64,000 bases of DNA from Bacteroidales bacterium (GTDB lineage: Bacteria; Bacteroidota; Bacteroidia; Bacteroidales; VadinHA17). This document shows positions 58,349 to 64,000 of the stretch, piece after piece. The position numbers and the translations under genes were made by a program. Location of the stretch: NCBI GenBank assembly GCA_009877105.1, contig WXFD01000006.1, forward strand, positions 155,292 to 219,291. The letters are read 5' to 3'. The notes beneath the pieces were generated by a model. It was not told the origin of the DNA. It did no database searches and saw nothing but the letters and a program-made list of their open reading frames with translations. Positions within the stretch are counted from its first letter, which is position 1, and every line of letters starts with the position of its first letter.

Positions 58349-58972
58349 ATGATTCGTGTAATCCTAAGAAAAGTTGATTTTATTAATGCTAAAAATGAGC
58401 CGCAATTAAAGCAAAACCATTTTTGATAAATTCACGGTCCTTCAGGATCTCCTGCTATCTCATAGTCCGATTAAAAAGCCAATAAAGGATTCTTTAAAAA
58501 CAAACATTAGTGCCCGATTAACTACATGTCGCTCCTGCGAAGCTTAAACAATAGTGATATCTAAGTCTTACAAACATTTCACTCCTACGGAGTTAGCTCT
58601 ATGGAAGTCCCGTTGGGGAAGTCATGTTAATAGACTTTCATCACAAACATTAAAATGAGCCCCATCGGGACGGCATGTATTTCAATGTCTTTAAAATAAG
58701 TATATTAGCTCAAAATTACTCAATTTAGTCGTTCACTTTTGAAAAACACTAAAGAACCACTGCAGCTTTAAGGTCTTTTGCAAGGGGTTATTTGGCCGGA
58801 GATTTAGAAAACCCGGCAAACAGGTAAAGTTACATGAATATACACCCGGATATTTCACTGTATGTCCGCAGGTAGAACTTAAACTGATCACAGCATATAT
58901 TGGCACCCCCTCTGTAACTCCAGGTACGCAGCCCCCGATTCTTTACCTTGTGCGGCGCCTGCGAAAGGATAT

Positions 58973-59527
58973 TTATTTTTTTACCGCCAGGAAGTAGACC
59001 GAGTTCTTAATCATGGTCAGATCGGTAACCTCGAATCCGTACGACTCAATAAGGTCTGCTACGCTCTCGCTGTCAAATCTTTTCAGGATACCCGGATCGA
59101 GAATATCAATTAATTTGTTGTAAATTGATGATAAAACCTCCGGCTTGTCAGTCTTGCTGCCTGACGCAAAAAAATGCCCCATGAGGCTTGTTCCCGGTCC
59201 GACCGTTTTGGATATGCCATCGAGAAACCCGTTGAGATTCTCCATCTGATTGAGTCTTTTCAGCAATATCAGGATTGTGGGAGTTTCCAGTTCCGTTTGA
59301 TCGAAGAAATAATGATGCTTAGGGGAAAGCAATAATATGTTTTTCTGATTCAACATATTAAGCCAGCCAAGATATCTTATGAAGTTTGAGCCTCCTTCTG
59401 CAATCAGGTTGTCTATCGCCTGGCAATTAATCTCTTCAATGTTCTCCTTTGGAACAACGGACTTACCTGCATTTGTATTCTTTTCAGAAAAAATTCTGAC
59501 TTCGCGTTTTATGGTTTTGGTATACAT
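58973..59527 (-). CDS. hypothetical protein (possible degenerate methyltransferase-like fold)
   Basis: 184-aa ORF with no overlapping competitor. The C-terminal ...DLIESYGFEVTDLTMIKNSVYFLAVKK resembles the end of class I MTases, but no GxGxG motif is present. Confidence 0.4.
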   Translation of the reverse strand: MYTKTIKREVRIFSEKNTNAGKSVVPKENIEEINCQAIDNLIAEGGSNFIRYLGWLNMLNQKNILLLSPKHHYFFDQTELETPTILILLKRLNQMENLNGFLDGISKTVGPGTSLMGHFFASGSKTDKPEVLSSIYNKLIDILDPGILKRFDSESVADLIESYGFEVTDLTMIKNSVYFLAVKK

Positions 59528-59673
59528 TGCACTAAACTAAAAACAGCCGCTCCTTCAGCGGGCAGCCATATATTCAGGAACAATCAATGTAATGAAATGT
59601 TCAGTTCGGCTTATCAGGATAGCGCAGGAAGGATCAATGGAAAAGTAAACTGAATTGATTTGGTCCATAAAAA

Positions 59674-60294
59674 TTACCGGAACATGGGCTTTATCCCGTC
59701 ATCAACAATCACGTTTACCAATCCTCTTTTAACGTTCAGATCCCAGGTTGGTGCCACCCTGAACTGGTTGGTGGATCTGATGATCCTGCCATTGCGCGGA
59801 TTAATGAAATCCGCTGTTCCGTAAGCCTCTGCACCCGAAAAATTAATATTGAAATTCAGAATGAAATCCGCATTATACTTTTTTTCGGTCACCGTCCAGT
59901 AACCCCACCTGTTAATTGCATTTGTTGCGTGAACTACAGCATTGTCATTTTCACTTGTAATATAAACCCTGTTATTTCTTCTGGTCATTGAATAAAACAT
60001 ATCCACAATGGCAGGATCGACGGGAGGATTGTCATTCCTGTTATTGTTTTCAGGAGCTTTCACGGAATTAAACACCTCCGTCTCACCGTTCTGATAGGTT
60101 ATCTCACTTATTTCCTGTTTGCTCAATACATACACGGGTCCGTCGGGATTGCTGTGCCGCCTGTACTTCACTTCATCCCGACTGACTTCAAGTACTTTGG
60201 CCAGTACTGTTTCTCCTGATTTCATCTTTATCCTGTCCTGTGAATATGCACAGATAGCTGCAAAAAGGAATGCTGATGCCAGAATATATTTCAT
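59674..60294 (-). CDS. hypothetical secreted protein
   Basis: Signal-like N-terminus MKYILASAFLFAAICAYSQ from the internal ATG. No known motif recognised. Confidence 0.45.
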   Translation of the reverse strand: MKYILASAFLFAAICAYSQDRIKMKSGETVLAKVLEVSRDEVKYRRHSNPDGPVYVLSKQEISEITYQNGETEVFNSVKAPENNNRNDNPPVDPAIVDMFYSMTRRNNRVYITSENDNAVVHATNAINRWGYWTVTEKKYNADFILNFNINFSGAEAYGTADFINPRNGRIIRSTNQFRVAPTWDLNVKRGLVNVIVDDGIKPMFR

Positions 60295-60509
60295 CAGTAA
60301 TGTATTTATTAAATCTTTCATTCAAGTTTGTTCCATATGAAAAATCAGTCAAAGATAAGAATAATTGCCGTTTGACCGGCATTTACCATTAAGCTGGTTT
60401 TTATGTCGTTCCCGAAGCTCTGCAGTAACAAGTGCCAGCTTCCGGTTAAATAACAGGTCAGCTTACTAACTTTAAAGCAATCTCCGACCGGCTGTTTTTC
60501 AGGAGAAGT

Positions 60510-61031
60510 TCAGAGAAATTCAACAATCTCGTCCAGCAGCTTGCGGCCTTTTTCAACCGGCACCTGATATCCGGCTTTCGGATAGCCCAATGGGGTGATT
60601 GCCAGTAGTTGATGATTATCATCGATATCAAGCGCCTCTTTCAGTTCAAATGGATTGTATGCCATTACCCAGCAAGTGCCAACGCCCTCATTTGCAGCTG
60701 CAAGGATGATCTGTGTCATTGCAATTGCCACATCCGTTTCCATTGAATTATATCCATCATAATCCCGTGTCCAGGCTTCCCGGCGCAATCCGGCTGAAAT
60801 CAGGATATGCGGTGCATCCCTGATCCATTCGCGTTTGTAACACATTTTGATTTTTTCCAGCAGTAACGGGGAAGACACAAGATAAAACTTCCATGGCTGG
60901 TTGTTATGTGCCGAAGGAGCGAGCCTCCCGGCCTCGAGGATCTTCCTCAGAACAGCCTCCGGAACCGGCCGGTCCGGGTCATAACTGCGGATGCTCCTCC
61001 GCGTGATAATGAGCTCGGTATAATCCATCAC
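60510..61031 (-). CDS. nitroreductase-family protein
   Basis: ITRRSIRSY...APSAHNNQPW is a nitroreductase N-terminal signature. 173 aa. Confidence 0.85.
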   Translation of the reverse strand: MMDYTELIITRRSIRSYDPDRPVPEAVLRKILEAGRLAPSAHNNQPWKFYLVSSPLLLEKIKMCYKREWIRDAPHILISAGLRREAWTRDYDGYNSMETDVAIAMTQIILAAANEGVGTCWVMAYNPFELKEALDIDDNHQLLAITPLGYPKAGYQVPVEKGRKLLDEIVEFL

Positions 61032-61320
61032 TTTAATATTACATGATTACCCTATAAAGATAACAGGAAATGCCGGATTCACATTGCTCAATCATCGGCG
61101 CTGAAAGAACTGCAATTAACCGGCACTGCCAGATGCCAGAAAATATGTTTTCTGACCGGCCCGGTTGGTCTTGTTAATTATTTAACACACCGGGTTTCTT
61201 AACACGGCTCCGGAATAGCAAATTCCGGATGTGTCTTACTGTTAAATAATAAAACAGACCTTATTAAGTTATTTAATTATAAATCATAACTATTTTTATT
61301 ATATTTTAAAATTCAACCTG

Positions 61321-61971
61321 ATGAAAAAGACAGTATTATTATTTATTTCCATTCTCCTTCTCGGAACGACAACAGTTACAAATGCGCAGAAAGACAGGGC
61401 TCTCAGCAACGGATTCAGCATCCATCTGATCGGAGGTCTGCCTTCGGGCAATTTCGGACTTGAAAAAGATGCCCATATTGACAAAAAATTTAAACTTAAC
61501 CCATTGATGGGATTTCAGATCGGGAACCGCTGGTATTTCACTCCAGGTGAAAGATTCAGGGCCGGCCTGATGGTTAACTGGTTTGATCTGACATTTGCAT
61601 TTAAAACTACCTCAACAGATTCATTTGACTGGAGCAGGTATGTTGCTGACGTGGCCGTTCTTGAATTAGGACCCGTGGCCACCTTTAAGATTGCAAATAA
61701 TATGGCGGTAGACGGTTACTATAATTTAAGGCCATCAGGATTTGCTACAATGTTTGTAACAAACCTGTTTGGCGAGGATGAGTCGGACACTTATTCCGGG
61801 GGAGGAATATCGCATGCGATCGGCGGTGCCTTCAGATGGAACATTCTGAGTGTTGGTGCGGAATATGTTCTGGGCGGGATCAAGTGTAAAAACATTGATC
61901 CTGAAAGTGATGATACCTCGAGCAAACTTTTGGTCAACAGTGTGAGGATCATGGTGGGTGTAAAGTTTTAG
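61321..61971 (+). CDS. outer-membrane beta-barrel protein
   Basis: Signal peptide MKKTVLLFISILLLGTTTVTNA, alternating strands, ends ...IMVGVKF. Confidence 0.65.
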   Translation: MKKTVLLFISILLLGTTTVTNAQKDRALSNGFSIHLIGGLPSGNFGLEKDAHIDKKFKLNPLMGFQIGNRWYFTPGERFRAGLMVNWFDLTFAFKTTSTDSFDWSRYVADVAVLELGPVATFKIANNMAVDGYYNLRPSGFATMFVTNLFGEDESDTYSGGGISHAIGGAFRWNILSVGAEYVLGGIKCKNIDPESDDTSSKLLVNSVRIMVGVKF

Positions 61972-62086
61972 AATTCTGCTTTTTTGCAGCTTAACAGGAG
62001 GCGGGTGCCGCCGGTTGCCATGTGCCTTTTTAAAGTGAAAGAGGGATCTCCTTCGCCCGGGATGCCAGGATCAGGCTTGCAAGACT

Positions 62087-63253
62087 TCATACTTTCTCCG
62101 CCTCCTCGATCATTATCTGATAATTTTCCAGTGTCCTCCCTGAAATTTCCCTGCCGTACGGAGATGCTGTCGGCATCAGGACAAAGCCCCTTCCCTCGCC
62201 TGACGTGCCATCGGAAAGCGACCTTTTCACGGTTTCCCTGAATTTTTCCGGCGACATGTTTTCAATATCTGCAATCTCAATATTGCCGAACAGAACCAGT
62301 TCCCGGCCATATTTCTCCCTGACTTCTTTCAGCAGTACATCTCCCTGGGGAGGAGGTTCAAGCGGATCAACGGCATCAGCGCCCATCCCTGCAATATATT
62401 CCATGATATTCCTGACCCGGCCGTGCGAATGGATTCGCACAAAACCGTCGTTCCTTCTGATCTTTTCAACCAGCGGCCCGGTATGCCTGACAACATATTC
62501 TTCAAACAATTCCGGGGGCAGAAAAGGCTCGGTAATGAACTCGGGACCGTATATGCGCCAAAGCCTTCCCGGGAAATAGCCGGACACTTTCTCCACACGC
62601 TCCCAGATATACCGTGAATGTTTTTCCATAAGGGCATGACATAGTTTTTTCTCGGTCATTGCAAAAAGAGTGAAATCCTCAAGCCTGAACATTGAGGCAA
62701 CCGCACAGACAGGATCTTCGGTATCGATCATGATTATCCCCCGGTCACCCAGTTTGCTTTCTTCCTGCCTGATGTGCTCTGCATCAATATTTTCCTCGAA
62801 TATCACATCGGGAAGATCCAGGAATATCTGCACATCATCAATTGTCTTTATCAGCGGTTCAATAGTCCATACCGTGTCAATCTCCCTGTCGCGGCGTGAA
62901 ATACTTGTCAGGCTCCTCCCATTGATTGAATATGTGATCCGTGCGAACCGGCTGTTACACCCTTCCCATCTTTCTTCCTTCACATAAAACCTTCTTTTTT
63001 CGGTATTCGTACTGCCGTCCCACGACAGATGCGACTGAGCCCTAACCGGGCTGACCATGCGTATCAGATCGGTATGCTCCTCGGCCAGATCAAGCAAAGG
63101 GCGCCACGAGGGAGCATTGTAAATATTGTATTCATCGGGGTCATCCGGGTCAATCAGAAATCCTCCTATTTCATGGAAACTGACAGCAGGACGGTCAACG
63201 GTCAATCCGTTTAATGTTGCTGTAAGGCGTTCTTTCCTTGTCATTTTACGCAT
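62087..63253 (-). CDS. uroporphyrinogen decarboxylase (URO-D)-family protein, MtaA/CmuA-like
   Basis: About 388 aa from MRKMTRKERL... The N-terminal KERLxATLNG...DRPAV motif and TIM-barrel pattern are typical of URO-D-family proteins. Start at 63253 or 63244. Confidence 0.7.
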   Translation of the reverse strand: MRKMTRKERLTATLNGLTVDRPAVSFHEIGGFLIDPDDPDEYNIYNAPSWRPLLDLAEEHTDLIRMVSPVRAQSHLSWDGSTNTEKRRFYVKEERWEGCNSRFARITYSINGRSLTSISRRDREIDTVWTIEPLIKTIDDVQIFLDLPDVIFEENIDAEHIRQEESKLGDRGIIMIDTEDPVCAVASMFRLEDFTLFAMTEKKLCHALMEKHSRYIWERVEKVSGYFPGRLWRIYGPEFITEPFLPPELFEEYVVRHTGPLVEKIRRNDGFVRIHSHGRVRNIMEYIAGMGADAVDPLEPPPQGDVLLKEVREKYGRELVLFGNIEIADIENMSPEKFRETVKRSLSDGTSGEGRGFVLMPTASPYGREISGRTLENYQIMIEEAEKV

Positions 63254-63417
63254 CGGGACAACTAATAATATAGTAAATTTAGCCAATAATAAGTTACCGG
63301 CTATCGAAAACGACAAACGGAATATGCCGGAATTATCCGGATTGAAATCTGGTTTATATTTTATTTAATCAAGATCTTTACTTTGTACATTATTTTAAAC
63401 TTTTGTAATTTCATAGA

Positions 63418-63522
63418 ATATGAAACCCGCATGGTACAAAATCACAAACTAGCTGAAAATAAAATTCATTTGGGTTCCAGGTGAATCAATTAATCTTCAG
63501 TAGTAAATAATTTTATTTCCAC
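63418..63522 (+). promoter_or_regulatory. conserved leader, copy B (paralogous to 31486..31592)
   Basis: See copy A. Similarity stops exactly at the start codon, and the downstream coding sequences are unrelated. Confidence 0.6.
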
Positions 63523-64000
63523 ATGAGAATGATTAAAATCCCGATCCTGTTTTTTCTTGCAAATCTTTTTTGTGCTGTCATATCGGGGCAGGAGTATCTG
63601 AAGGCCTCAGACCTGGACAAGCCTGACTTTCAGTGGCCGGAGGGAAAAAAGATGGCCCTCAGCCTGACGTTTGACGACGCACGCCTTTCACAGGTTGACA
63701 AAGGTATTCCATTGCTCGACAGGTATGATGTCAAAGCTACATTCTATGTGTCTATCAGTAACATGATCCAGAGACTGGATGGGTGGAAACAGGCAATAAG
63801 GAACGGTCATGACATAGGGAACCATTCACTTCTTCATCCCTGCACAATAAACTATGGCTGGCCGCAGGAGGCAGCTCTGGAAAACTATACCCTGCAGAGA
63901 ATGACGAAAGAGCTTGACTCAGCTTCTGTCATGATAAACAATATTCTTGGTATCAGGCCCCATTCTTTTGCATTTCCCTGCGGGCAGACCTTTGTCGGCA
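63523..64000 (+). CDS. secreted polysaccharide deacetylase (NodB/CE4 domain), 3' end beyond the window
   Basis: Not in the ORF track because there is no stop inside the window. Own translation: MRMIKIPILFFLANLFCAVISGQ...ALSLTFDDARLSQ...GHDIGNHSLLHP. This contains the TFDD and HxxxH CE4 motifs. Confidence 0.8.
   Translation, partial: MRMIKIPILFFLANLFCAVISGQEYLKASDLDKPDFQWPEGKKMALSLTFDDARLSQVDKGIPLLDRYDVKATFYVSISNMIQRLDGWKQAIRNGHDIGNHSLLHPCTINYGWPQEAALENYTLQRMTKELDSASVMINNILGIRPHSFAFPCGQTFVG

Overview
The gene content points to a chromosomal segment of a Bacteroidota-type genome, probably an anaerobe. Supporting genes include TonB, GH28, an anaerobic sulfatase maturase, class I fumarase, LpxK, 67K SppA, small OM beta-barrels, a T9SS-like C-terminal domain and leaders without Shine-Dalgarno sequences. 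All product calls come from motifs read by eye in the translations. No database search was possible.

**Layout**
- (1) 1287-19355 is an aryl-polyene/flexirubin-type pigment-lipid biosynthetic cluster organised as two divergent operons. It encodes an MIO ammonia-lyase, two KS, a CLF-like partner, two ACPs, a KR, a dehydratase, an LpxL-like acyltransferase, a B12-radical SAM enzyme, a BtrH-like protein, an ABC exporter and GT2-DUF2062. It also encodes an unusual 1285-aa MMPL-PlsC-methyltransferase triple fusion.
- (2) 19412-21190, directly abutting the cluster, holds an IS200/RAYT-type Y1 (HUH) transposase gene. The gene sits inside 1.55 copies of a 1145-bp repeat. Each 635-bp repeat block carries 2.7 copies of a 131-bp tandem repeat plus a hairpin-rich tail. 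I consider this the most unusual structure in the window.
- (3) glpF-glpK-glpD follows. Next comes a four-gene string of exported proteins: a lactonase, a TIM-barrel isomerase, a Tat-type Gfo/Idh/MocA oxidoreductase, and a NapC/NirT tetraheme cytochrome fused to a cysteine-less FGE-like domain.
- (4) The rest is mostly housekeeping: fumarase, cls-like, rpsT, radC, folK, sppA, lpxK, PNP, asd, hflX, a TonB-like protein, tRNA-Glu and tRNA-Ala. Mixed in are exported enzymes of unclear role.

**Other notable signals**
- A roughly 105-nt leader, about 83 percent identical, sits directly in front of two unrelated secreted-protein genes 32 kb apart.
- A 66-bp direct duplication includes the 3' end of tRNA-Ala.
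- Several orphan long palindromes/hairpins lie upstream of minus-strand genes.
- A 0.7-kb ORF-free region contains short GC hairpin modules.

No CRISPR array, cas genes, integrase, reverse transcriptase or recognisable defence system was seen.
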